A stretch of 35,617 bases of DNA from an uncultured virus (IMG/VR IMGVR_UViG_3300034012_002207) (Duplodnaviria; Heunggongvirae; Uroviricota; Caudoviricetes): IMG/VR virus record IMGVR_UViG_3300034012_002207; one strand, given 5' to 3'. The notes under the pieces are model-generated. The model did not search any database. It saw only the letters and a program-made list of their open reading frames with translations, and was not told the origin of the DNA. How positions within the stretch are numbered: the first letter of the stretch is position 1; every line of letters begins with the position of its first letter. Positions 25,601-32,762 of this stretch are shown in pieces. Made by a program: the position numbers and the translations under genes.

Positions 25601-27381
25601 GATAAAGACATTAAATAGTAACCAAGAGAATCGCTATATAAGCCAAATCCATTTCCTACACCATAGTTTGGCACGTGTCCGGCAATCCATCTCCAATCAT
25701 TATTTCCTTGTATGTATAAGTTACCCGCTGTACTACCACCAGGTCCACCGCCAACTCTCAATTCAGCTAAACGGGATGTGTTATTCGGATCGACATAATA
25801 ACCAGTGTCAGCAGAATCATAGAATATCGGTGCTCTTATATCAACAGAGTTTGTTGCTGAAGAACCAATAGGCATTGCATAATTAGTGTAGTTAGTTTCA
25901 TCAAGTAAAATTTTCCAAGAAGTCCAAAGATTATTTGTTTGATTGATTGATCTAACTCTTAACCCTAATCCTCCATAGCTTGCACCATGTCCCATGAATA
26001 ATTGAAAATTTCCACCCGGATCTACAGGAACACGTCCCATTACACTTAATACAACGCCGTATTGTGGCCACCCTTCAGCAGAAGAAACAAATGATGTCTC
26101 CACCCCGGAGTTATACCCAGATGGCAGGGTTGAGTTGCTCCATTGATATGCAGGGACTCTGTCAATCCACTTAGAGTATCCTGTAACGTTACCCGAAATA
26201 GCATTACTAACAGTTAAACCCGAAAGATTTGACGTACTTGCTGGATCTACATAATAACCAGTGTTATCTGAATCATAGAATATTGGTGCTCTCGCACTAC
26301 CACTCATTTGTGTATATGCACCATAGATAAAATGATTAGCGCCTGCAGTAGTGCCAAAAGTAGCAAAAGTGTAGCCGTCGCTATTATTCCATAACTGGAG
26401 TCTGCCAGCTCCATCTGTGTTACTGGTATTATTGGAAATAAACCATAGATCTTTTCCAGATGCTGCTGTAGATTTAAGAGAAAGTTTTGGACCACCAGTG
26501 GAATTGTTTTGAATAATAAGCCCAGAAGAAGATTCTGTGCCATTTATAACAGCACTTGATGAACTCGCAAACAGATAAAATCCTGCTGCTGGATCTAAAT
26601 AATAAGAAGTATTAGTAGCATCATAGTATAGTGTAGCGCGCATGTCACTCGCAGACTCAACTCTATTCGCAAAATACGTATATCCAGTATCCCAATAGTG
26701 TGTTATGCTATTGGTGCCTCCGGTAAATAGACGCCAATTAACTTTAGATCCTGAAGCATTACCTCCGTCGTTAAAATGAGGATAGTGATTTCCAGCAGAA
26801 TCCCAAGGAAGAAAATAGAAGTGACCACCAAACTGATTCCCCGTTCCACTCAGTGTAACTGAATTACTTGTACTTGCACCTCTTGCAGTTACAGTTGCGA
26901 GTGTATCTGTTTCTGTATAACCGGTAATATAGCCTGGACCATTAGTAAGTTGGTTAAGATTTGTTAAGTTGCCAGCATGCCAAACCTGATTGCCATTAAT
27001 TTCTAAGGATTTATTTAGCTGCCACTTGTCGCCACTGGACACATAGGTAAAGGTTGCACCTGCACCACCAATAGTAATACCTGCACCATCTGCAGCAGCT
27101 GCATTAGGGGCATCCGTAGCTAATTGTAGGTTTAGGTCATCAATAGCTACTGTGGTAGAGTTAATTGTAGTAGTTGTACCGTCTACTTGTAAATTACCAC
27201 GAATTACTAGCGTACCTGTATTATCACCGATACCGGCAGGGTCAATATACATAGTAGCTGGGCCACGAAGCTCGCCACTAATGGTAACGTCTGAGGCCGA
27301 GACTGTGCCTGCAGTTACATTTCTGCTGCCGTCTACAAATTCTTGGGCACCTATTCTGATACCATCTTTTACTTTAAACAT
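19690..27381 (-). CDS. long modular tail fibre protein (2563 aa)
   Basis: G/S/T/N/Y-rich with about 15 copies of R(A/S)PIFYDSNDT.YY.DP.STSRL. Followed by a chaperone gene. Confidence 0.88.
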   Translation of the reverse strand: MFKVKDGIRIGAQEFVDGSRNVTAGTVSASDVTISGELRGPATMYIDPAGIGDNTGTLVIRGNLQVDGTTTTINSTTVAIDDLNLQLATDAPNAAAADGAGITIGGAGATFTYVSSGDKWQLNKSLEINGNQVWHAGNLTNLNQLTNGPGYITGYTETDTLATVTARGASTSNSVTLSGTGNQFGGHFYFLPWDSAGNHYPHFNDGGNASGSKVNWRLFTGGTNSITHYWDTGYTYFANRVESASDMRATLYYDATNTSYYLDPAAGFYLFASSSSAVINGTESSSGLIIQNNSTGGPKLSLKSTAASGKDLWFISNNTSNTDGAGRLQLWNNSDGYTFATFGTTAGANHFIYGAYTQMSGSARAPIFYDSDNTGYYVDPASTSNLSGLTVSNAISGNVTGYSKWIDRVPAYQWSNSTLPSGYNSGVETSFVSSAEGWPQYGVVLSVMGRVPVDPGGNFQLFMGHGASYGGLGLRVRSINQTNNLWTSWKILLDETNYTNYAMPIGSSATNSVDIRAPIFYDSADTGYYVDPNNTSRLAELRVGGGPGGSTAGNLYIQGNNDWRWIAGHVPNYGVGNGFGLYSDSLGYYLMSLSTSGNWYFGENNHNSSHRVSINGTGYASGDFRSPIFYDSNDTAYYTDPASTSRLNSILPNEIQLYAGKIQHGSGSGGTSFGGGHYSQGMDIANGYSSWSYPYKDYIIGHHTGIRIGGYYNYGGTRFYNNSPTTDADMNGHGDGGETLLFSTGMWDNNVRSHVTLYAPFIYDLDDTNYYLDPNSGSRLLHIFAGNVSSSNDGSWNARMNLVGSAHARLDVVSNSDGIITTMYSHTGQGVGKIGTMSNHPLTLMAQGANDGGYVYNGSIRSPIFYDANDTNYYLDPASTSRLNTSRIGNINVGSGTYLNTITPIGDGNINLSAPSGAFYFDTWPRMPGLYDINDTAYYVDPNSNSKLVNLGLGGATPDVRLSISGDAHVSGFLYMAGTAGSAGSWGSRDYTSGSSRYFNANYYEFNNVGYGSTWSFTISSGDTTSSSSSRAPIFYDSNNTAYYTDPASTSRLNSITIDDGNVQLYKPQTVDMSNTSTYSTSNYYPVTIQVPTGGCWIEIQNNLNSNVPSWATHPSGFTLNLRWWTNGSSWGTTEVKRRVEQYHERFTNLTICGGITQMIHSSTEVVWLRGGGTYYFYFSRNLGATAQSSTYSINSQSVSPTSSAQNSVWDSASGAHTSYNTRVDADSQMRSPIYYDYNDTGYYVDPGADLSFRTAGYINLFRNDVQAILQSQNTSAGSPAQFNLRHSYGDVVLENYRGGILEYATAVQTNNSYRAPIFYDSNDTGYYFDGTGGTRQSRFLTISGGATGIYGNELVVGATAVQYSLQDTNQRAIIQAHGAYPVISLNHTVTSNTQHGPTIQFTSNGTGHQFVIGTNGTGTMLSMGYSSAGDWNPHNGISGYNGTSFFHVGTNGYIGIGSEGDWTVSGGSGTHTPGYNLHFIGSNNAVNGHAAFFDNRVSATNNGSGFLFRNLHGNHSWGVVAEYRIDGAGDRPSILFSSNQVNTSWSVGFVTGSDDTFRITKNHGHRAYYGGWTDASTGWGAPYLTINTSGNVTAPVDMRSPIFYDSNDTSYYLDPNSTSFQRSLFLGAHDSGTSEFRFGEDSSGWYGDRWYWDSQYTAYRYSRYAGTDSLIHYHDTRDATRITYGRNIVFDDYGKGIVGVYSSYRYQGVFAMGDSYKLPADGTTTGSLYGLAWSHPNAGGTAGNLNTHGLLVLENGGFLAAVSGSIRARDDMRAPIFYEINNTGYYVDPGNNANIAGQVYIGGWFRNYGQQGLYNESYGNHWYATGNDYWNLAGNNGINVGIIFRTGGHQGTSRGYVYADSSNNIGFLNSGASWRLRVVGDDYSVADGSSMRAQIFYDSNDTTYYLDPNSTTSSLKIAGAIELGENHAFPNVEWSSSGSSTGMIIFKLPGGSGNYGMVHMVFDYYEYNSPRTATIIVGGHNWNSAWYNNSCNVVGFIDKQVRLGFKDGQYCVVIGTSGSEWNYGTVRLRKIHNASFYNNAMDLGGSYSVAQTTTESFTNITSDLRNFRTPTALQVDGILQAYTDVRTPIVYDQNDTNYYCDPNGSSRLNDVFPNQIYNYGWFRNQNSATGLYNTATDSHFYSAGANYWHINPDNGSVSVGGLIFYDQFNSTQNSSTGRKGSIYWDSAGFGLLDSTGNWTINLHPTNYRRVTIGGYNGLNPYSSVDGIRLMFGGGDDNAAGSYYIGTNFENYGGTYTKLDLRWHTGIRMGAQPGYGGIRFYNNEGLETIRFSINKGDEHTRVESGSFYSNLMYDRDNTAYYVDPASTSRLLKLRVNTANDPSDNAYGTATDIPMYMSGSTRTQSTFLIENTSNSFLEYPVIVIRRTQTPTAARFGSFIRFADRNSGGNDVLTQIFTYNRQTSQDLNIEASSSTGDRVIITAGSSSNIYVGENYVFHLKAANYNGITPGALDIDCRQGNYFTKTIAGNSTFTFSNVTSLSGYTLAYSFTLEVTHTSGTITWPSTVKWPGNTAPSLTTGKTHLFMFVTDDAGSRWRGSYLTNYDN
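20390..26650 (-). repeat. about 15 dispersed ~25-aa junction repeats in the fibre
   Basis: Copies near 20411, 21074, 21656, 22013, 22534, 23392, 23642, 24242, 24557, 24752, 25061, 25460, 25787, 26242 and 26591. Confidence 0.9.
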
Positions 27382-27405
27382 ATCCTCGTCCCTATTTATC
27401 AGAGG

Positions 27406-29922
27406 TTATATCAATCTGCGAAACTTAAATGTGTACTGGTATGCCGCACTATTCGTAGTTGTTCCAGCTACCTGTAGCTTTAAATCGTCTGCGTTTTCAC
27501 CAGGAGTTCTTTGAACTCTTAGGAATATTGTTCCACTATTTGGTGCGTGCCCTGCTCGGTGCAAGACAATTTCATCAGTTACTTCACTATTAGTATTGCC
27601 AGCAAACCAACTCATTACGCCAGTATAGTATTCTTGATATTGAGTACCACCTACTGTATGGTCACTTACGTTAGTTACTTGAACAATATAACTACCAGTT
27701 GCAAGTTCGGCAGCATTTACTCCAGTATCTTGCCAGCTAGTAGTTAGTGTGATGCTTTGTTGATGAGTATATACTTGATCTATACCAGTACCGGTACTAG
27801 GAGCTAGGCCTGCGTGTGTTAGGGTTCCGGCAACATGTAAATTTCCACCAATACCCGTTCCACCGGCAACTACTAATGCACCAGTAGTAGTTGAAACAGC
27901 AGAAGTAGTAGAACTAATTATAGTTTGTGTTCCACCTATTGTAGTAACACCCAGTGCTCCCGAAACTGTTGATCCGATGTTAATTGTACTAGTCGAACCT
28001 GCAAGACCGGCGGTACCAATATTAATAACTTTAGTCGAAACTGCGGTAGTAGCACCCGATGATAAGTTTAAAGTCTGATTAACTGTGGACTGACCGACGG
28101 TGATTACACCAGTGGCTGCTGTTCCGCCTACAGTAATTGCACCAGTTGTTTCGCTGGTAGCGATGCTTAAAGCACCCGACGTTAATCCAGAGAATAATGT
28201 CGCACTACTCGTAGCAGAACCAACAACTAAATCATTACCAAGAACTGTAATATCACCCCCGATAACAAGATCTCCAAGGGTGTCAACTCGACCTTCAAGT
28301 ACTGTACGTCCGTTAACGTAAAAGTTATTTGTAACTCTCGTGTTGCCAGCAAGTTCAATTTTACTGGTAGTAGTTTCTGCGTCAATCTCTACTGCCTGAC
28401 GATCTGTGCGGAATTTTAATACTACATCACCACTAGATCCGCATAAGAATGCTACGTTAGCAGATTCGTTAATGTATATACCGGTTGGAGTAGGTTCAAA
28501 CCAACCTGTGTAGAATTTATCATAAAATACAGCAGTGGCAATGTCCCACGCTGTGCCCAATCTATATTCATTTACGTCGTCTCCGGTACTACCGTATACG
28601 TACATGCGTGTACCAGCAGTGTTAAATCTCAGACCAGTTGGGCCGCTTTCTTGGCCACTAACACTAAATTGTTTAGTCCAGGTTGCCGTTGCAACATTAT
28701 ATGCCGAACTCAACGCAAACTGATGCACAGCATCAGTAGTTGAATCTATGATGTACATTATTGTACCATCATTCTTAAAGTCTACCGCCTGTGGTGCAGT
28801 CATTGCTGCTGGAATACCACCTGCATCACCTATGGCAAATCGTATTGAACTTACTAAACTAGCGGTTGTTATATCCCAAGGTGTACCTAAGGTAAAATAG
28901 TAAGCTCTATCTTCGCCTGCAACACCTGAACCGTTGGCAATAACAACTCCACTGTTACCAGAGGTTATCATCTTAGTACCATCTGGACTAATAAACAATC
29001 CTAATGTACTAACGTCAATTAGTGACATTGAAAATGTTGAGCCTGCTACTGCTGTGGTGATATCCCATGCAACTGACAAATTATACTGGGTAATTGAATT
29101 AGAAAACGCTAGATACATTATTAAACCGTCTGGTTTAAAGAATATATCAACTGGATTAGCAACACTAAATGTGCTGTCGTAAGCCCATCCTGCTACGCTG
29201 TCTATGCCAGCGGTAATAGCAGTATTTTTAATACCTAGTCTATTACCTTGTAAAGTTAAGGTTCCGGCAACATTAAGCCCTGTTGAAGCTAAAGAACCTA
29301 TGGAAGTTCCATTTGCATACCAAGTATGTGTACCCTGTCTAGAATTATACCGTACATTGCCGGTGTTATTTTCAGTACCAATATAGACTTCCCAAGTACC
29401 AGCAGTATTGTAGTACTCAATACCAGCAAAACCAGCACGTGTAAGGGTTTGAGTCCCGCTCATGTTAATAGCACCAGTCATGGTGCCACCAGCAAGCGGC
29501 AAGTAATTAGCTAAACTACTTGCAGTAGCGTACGTATTAGTATCTACCTCATAAGTATCAGCACCCGACTTGCGTAAAAAGCCACTACCTGCACCTGTCA
29601 TGGTGCCAGCTAGTGCACTAAGTGCTGGACCAACATTAACTTGATAGGTTGTATTAGTTGCAGTATTAGCACTAAATCCTGTACCTGTACCAATGGAAAC
29701 ACTAGTGTTAGTTAGGCCCGCCTGAGCCTGGAGTGTCAGGGTGCCGTTGCCAGGTGAAGCACCTGCGCCAATAGCACCAATTGTATTATCAGATTTTTTG
29801 TAGTAGAGTGTACCAACTGCATAGTTAAGGGCAAGCTCACCGTACTCAAGGTCGCCTGGCGCAGGTTGTTTTGGTGCACCATCGGTAATAACCGCTGATT
29901 TTTTAAGTATTAATCTAGCCAT
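27406..29922 (-). CDS. tail fibre/spike-like virion protein with a beta-propeller insert
   Basis: N-terminal P....L.YGELALN...G.LYYK fibre motif, YLPLAGGTMTG, and five F.PDG..MY...Y.L..AWDITTA blades. Confidence 0.8.
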   Translation of the reverse strand: MARLILKKSAVITDGAPKQPAPGDLEYGELALNYAVGTLYYKKSDNTIGAIGAGASPGNGTLTLQAQAGLTNTSVSIGTGTGFSANTATNTTYQVNVGPALSALAGTMTGAGSGFLRKSGADTYEVDTNTYATASSLANYLPLAGGTMTGAINMSGTQTLTRAGFAGIEYYNTAGTWEVYIGTENNTGNVRYNSRQGTHTWYANGTSIGSLASTGLNVAGTLTLQGNRLGIKNTAITAGIDSVAGWAYDSTFSVANPVDIFFKPDGLIMYLAFSNSITQYNLSVAWDITTAVAGSTFSMSLIDVSTLGLFISPDGTKMITSGNSGVVIANGSGVAGEDRAYYFTLGTPWDITTASLVSSIRFAIGDAGGIPAAMTAPQAVDFKNDGTIMYIIDSTTDAVHQFALSSAYNVATATWTKQFSVSGQESGPTGLRFNTAGTRMYVYGSTGDDVNEYRLGTAWDIATAVFYDKFYTGWFEPTPTGIYINESANVAFLCGSSGDVVLKFRTDRQAVEIDAETTTSKIELAGNTRVTNNFYVNGRTVLEGRVDTLGDLVIGGDITVLGNDLVVGSATSSATLFSGLTSGALSIATSETTGAITVGGTAATGVITVGQSTVNQTLNLSSGATTAVSTKVINIGTAGLAGSTSTINIGSTVSGALGVTTIGGTQTIISSTTSAVSTTTGALVVAGGTGIGGNLHVAGTLTHAGLAPSTGTGIDQVYTHQQSITLTTSWQDTGVNAAELATGSYIVQVTNVSDHTVGGTQYQEYYTGVMSWFAGNTNSEVTDEIVLHRAGHAPNSGTIFLRVQRTPGENADDLKLQVAGTTTNSAAYQYTFKFRRLI

Positions 29923-29968
29923 AGTGTTTCCTAAAAAGGACTTGTACTAGTAGTTAAAAAACTACCTT

Positions 29969-31390
29969 TTAATAACTTCCGCCTTCAACTACACTTATAG
30001 TTACCCAGCCACTGTCAACTGTAAAGTTTGCACTATTAAATTTTGCTAAGCCTAGTGTAGCTGCACCGCTAGTTGCTGCTGCAGTTGCAGTTGGAATTGC
30101 TGTTGTGGTTACTGCAGTTACTAAGCCTTTGGCATTAACTGTTACTGTAGGTACTGTATAACCATCACCAAAACTACCAACATTTGCATTAACAGTAGCT
30201 AGGGTAATTGCAGCGCTTACTGCAGCACTACCATCTACGCCTACTAGAGTAGCAGTAGCATCACCAGTTAGGCTTAAGTCGCGGGCTGTTTTCCATTTAG
30301 TAGTTGTAGCACTATTACCAATAACTTCTGTAACTACTAAGTTTTTGTTTAAATTCCAGCGATCATCTGCACTGGTATAAGTAAGTGTTGCACCAGCTCC
30401 TGTTACTGTTAAACCAGCACCATTAGCTTGAGCAGCAGTTGTAGCATCTTTGGCTAGTTCAATGTTAATATCTGTAATTGCAACGGCCGTACTATTTACA
30501 GTGGTAGTAGTACCTTGAACAGTAAGATTACCAGTAATAGTAGCATTACCTGCTACACTAATATTTGCAGCTGTAATATCATCACTGCTTAATTGACCAT
30601 TTACTGTAACATTATTAAACGTTACATCACTGGTAGTACCAACAGCTTGACCTATGCTAATAGTTACTGTATTATTAGTAACTGCAGTAGTAACGCCAGT
30701 ACCGCCTGTAAATGTTAAGGTATCAGTGAGTAGTGCAACCGCATCAGTACCTGTACCGCCAGCAATATTTAGGTTAGTGGCAATATTTTCAGTATTAACA
30801 CTAGTAATTTGACCTTGTGCATTAACGGTAAGTACAGGTATTGCAGTTTGAGAACCGTAACTTCCAGCTGTTACGCCAGTAGCAGTGATACTAATTGTAC
30901 TAGTATTACCGGGATCACTATTAGTTACAGTAATACCTGTACCAGCAGTAATTGCTCCACCTACAGTGTCGTAGATATACTCAGCAAGACTAGTGCTGGC
31001 ATCGGTATAAATATTTTTAATTATGGTAATACCGGTACCGTCTGGAGTAATATTTATATTACCATTGCTATCAGTGCTAGTGATGCTATTACCATCTATT
31101 GTAATATTATCTACTAGTAGTTCATTGATCTTTTTATTTGCATCAACGATAATGGCAGAACTAGCTGTTAGTGTACCACGTGTATGATCTAGTAGGTCAG
31201 TAAAGTATTTACCACCAATTACTACGTGATTAACAGCGTTACCATTATTTTCGTTACCCATACCAATGTATAGGCGGTCACCGCCATTTGAATCGTTATT
31301 AACTAATCCAGAGTAGGCCATTTCGCCTGCAGCTAGAACACTTGGATTTCCAGCTACCTCTGAACGTTTAATTCTAATAATAGAAGCCAT
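29969..31390 (-). CDS. tail fibre-like virion structural protein
   Basis: I.IKRS...P..LA.GE.AY N-terminus, Thr/Ala/Gly-rich shaft, duplicated GSYG...IP..TVNA.G.IT motif and a C-terminal GG.Y. Confidence 0.8.
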   Translation of the reverse strand: MASIIRIKRSEVAGNPSVLAAGEMAYSGLVNNDSNGGDRLYIGMGNENNGNAVNHVVIGGKYFTDLLDHTRGTLTASSAIIVDANKKINELLVDNITIDGNSITSTDSNGNINITPDGTGITIIKNIYTDASTSLAEYIYDTVGGAITAGTGITVTNSDPGNTSTISITATGVTAGSYGSQTAIPVLTVNAQGQITSVNTENIATNLNIAGGTGTDAVALLTDTLTFTGGTGVTTAVTNNTVTISIGQAVGTTSDVTFNNVTVNGQLSSDDITAANISVAGNATITGNLTVQGTTTTVNSTAVAITDINIELAKDATTAAQANGAGLTVTGAGATLTYTSADDRWNLNKNLVVTEVIGNSATTTKWKTARDLSLTGDATATLVGVDGSAAVSAAITLATVNANVGSFGDGYTVPTVTVNAKGLVTAVTTTAIPTATAAATSGAATLGLAKFNSANFTVDSGWVTISVVEGGSY

Positions 31391-31401
31391 TTTTGTCCCT
31401 T

Positions 31402-31668
31402 TTAATATTGGCCTGAATCAACTGTTTGTTGATTCAGCAAGGTAGTTGAAATCCATTTTTGAGTTTGTGTATTGTATACTAGTATACTTCCGGGATTTAA
31501 AGAGGTTACATCAACATCTTCTAGGCCACTTACTGTAGTTTTTCCAGGAGGCCCCATTATACCGGTTATAACAGTTCTGGGAGTTTGGTCTCGTACAACT
31601 ACAGTATTTACTGTTTGTTCCCGTATAGTTACTGTAGTATTTTTATCTACGACTACTGTAGTTGTCAT
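31402..31668 (-). CDS. small virion-associated protein
   Basis: GPPG, L.DVD....GS.LVY.....KW and C-terminal DSGQY, typical of fibre-associated proteins. Confidence 0.7.
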   Translation of the reverse strand: MTTTVVVDKNTTVTIREQTVNTVVVRDQTPRTVITGIMGPPGKTTVSGLEDVDVTSLNPGSILVYNTQTQKWISTTLLNQQTVDSGQY

Positions 31669-32264
31669 CGGGTTACCTCCTTAACTAGTACTAAATTACC
31701 TGTTAAGAAAGGAGTTACTCTACCTTGTTGATCTACTAATTCTACAGAATATACAGCAGTTTCAAAAGTAAAATCTTCGGTTATGCCGGCAGGAATAGTT
31801 ATAGTAATTGTTTTGTAGACTTGATCAAGGACAATTTCACCGGTTTGGGTTCCGCACTGATATATTATGGCAGGACTTTCAACAGTTTCACGAATTTGCA
31901 TACGTGCTGTAAGATTGTTTAGTCCAACCCAGTCATTATACTCTACTACTCCGCCACTGGTGTACTGAGTATAACTCAAACTATTTACCTGATTTATGGT
32001 AATTTGCGTACCACTAACCCCAGTAGCTATATACCAATTATCCTCACCCACACTATTAATTTCTTTCATTCCGCCAGCGCCCGCCACACGAAATCGCCAG
32101 CCAATGGGAATGTTTGATGCAGTAGTTGTAGTTATTACACAAGGCGCACTCCGAGAAATTTGTGAGATGGGTGTGTAAACTTTTGTTTGCGATTCCCAAC
32201 GATAAATTTCTTGAAAGGTTGCACCCTGATACACTTTATAATTAATTTTAGCTGGTTGTTGCAT
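31665..32264 (-). CDS. virion structural protein with an inserted FCCH-like beta-barrel
   Basis: QGATF ... TARMQIR ... YSVEL ... G...L..EVTR scaffold, with an internal GMKEIN...YTSGG segment. Confidence 0.7.
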   Translation of the reverse strand: MQQPAKINYKVYQGATFQEIYRWESQTKVYTPISQISRSAPCVITTTTASNIPIGWRFRVAGAGGMKEINSVGEDNWYIATGVSGTQITINQVNSLSYTQYTSGGVVEYNDWVGLNNLTARMQIRETVESPAIIYQCGTQTGEIVLDQVYKTITITIPAGITEDFTFETAVYSVELVDQQGRVTPFLTGNLVLVKEVTR

Positions 32265-32601
32265 CTAGGTATGCTCCTTGTTTTGCTAGTCGTTTAAATA
32301 TACCGACTTCATTTGTTAGTGCAACTACCTCAACCTGTAAGCGTTGGTTTTCGAGTGTAAGCTTTTCTAGTTCCCTGTTCAGGGCTATAATCTGCTCGTG
32401 TAGTCTACCAAGCTCTAGGCTTAGTTTAGTATTCTGCTCACCCATTCGCTCTAGCTCTCGGTGCATAATTTGTATAATTCCCGACTCTGCTTGGGTTGCT
32501 TTCCAATTTTTTATTAGCTGCTGGATGCCAAAAAATGCGGCTACAACGGCTATAGCAATAAGGCCCAAGACTTGAATGACTTGTTCTGATATTTCTAACA
32601 T
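32248..32601 (-). CDS. N-terminal TM plus coiled-coil protein (holin-like candidate)
   Basis: Hydrophobic aa 8-26 followed by Leu heptads; first gene after the promoter. Confidence 0.7.
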   Translation of the reverse strand: MLEISEQVIQVLGLIAIAVVAAFFGIQQLIKNWKATQAESGIIQIMHRELERMGEQNTKLSLELGRLHEQIIALNRELEKLTLENQRLQVEVVALTNEVGIFKRLAKQGAYLDATTS

Positions 32602-32682
32602 TCTTTACCCTTTCTTTCCGTGCAGTAGCCTAAAAGGTTTGGCTCCTTGAAAATTTTAGTTTTGAAACGGACATTTTCAACT

Positions 32683-32711
32683 ATTGTAACACAAGAGCAT
32701 AAAGTTGTCAA
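32683..32711 (-). promoter_or_regulatory. near-consensus sigma70 promoter
   Basis: Minus strand TTGACA, 17-bp spacer, then TACAAT with an extended -10 TG. Confidence 0.85.
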
Positions 32712-32714
32712 TGT

Positions 32715-32753
32715 AAAAAATACCCGCCCTGGTTTAGGGTCGGGTATTTTTTT
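32715..32753. terminator. intrinsic terminator (T tracts on both strands)
   Basis: AAAAAATACCCG-CCCT / AGGG-T-CGGGTATTTTTT hairpin just after the stop at 32763. Confidence 0.88.
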
Positions 32754-32762
32754 AGTAATAAT

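Noticed and set aside
19690..27381. Shufflon or invertible fibre system
   Set aside because: All junction repeats are direct and in one ORF, with no inverted silent cassettes and no recombinase in the window.
20514..31684. Many short ORFs nested in or antisense to the fibre genes (and similar ones in helicase, nrdJ and lysis genes)
   Set aside because: They have no RBS or motif support and are explained by the codon bias of the real genes.
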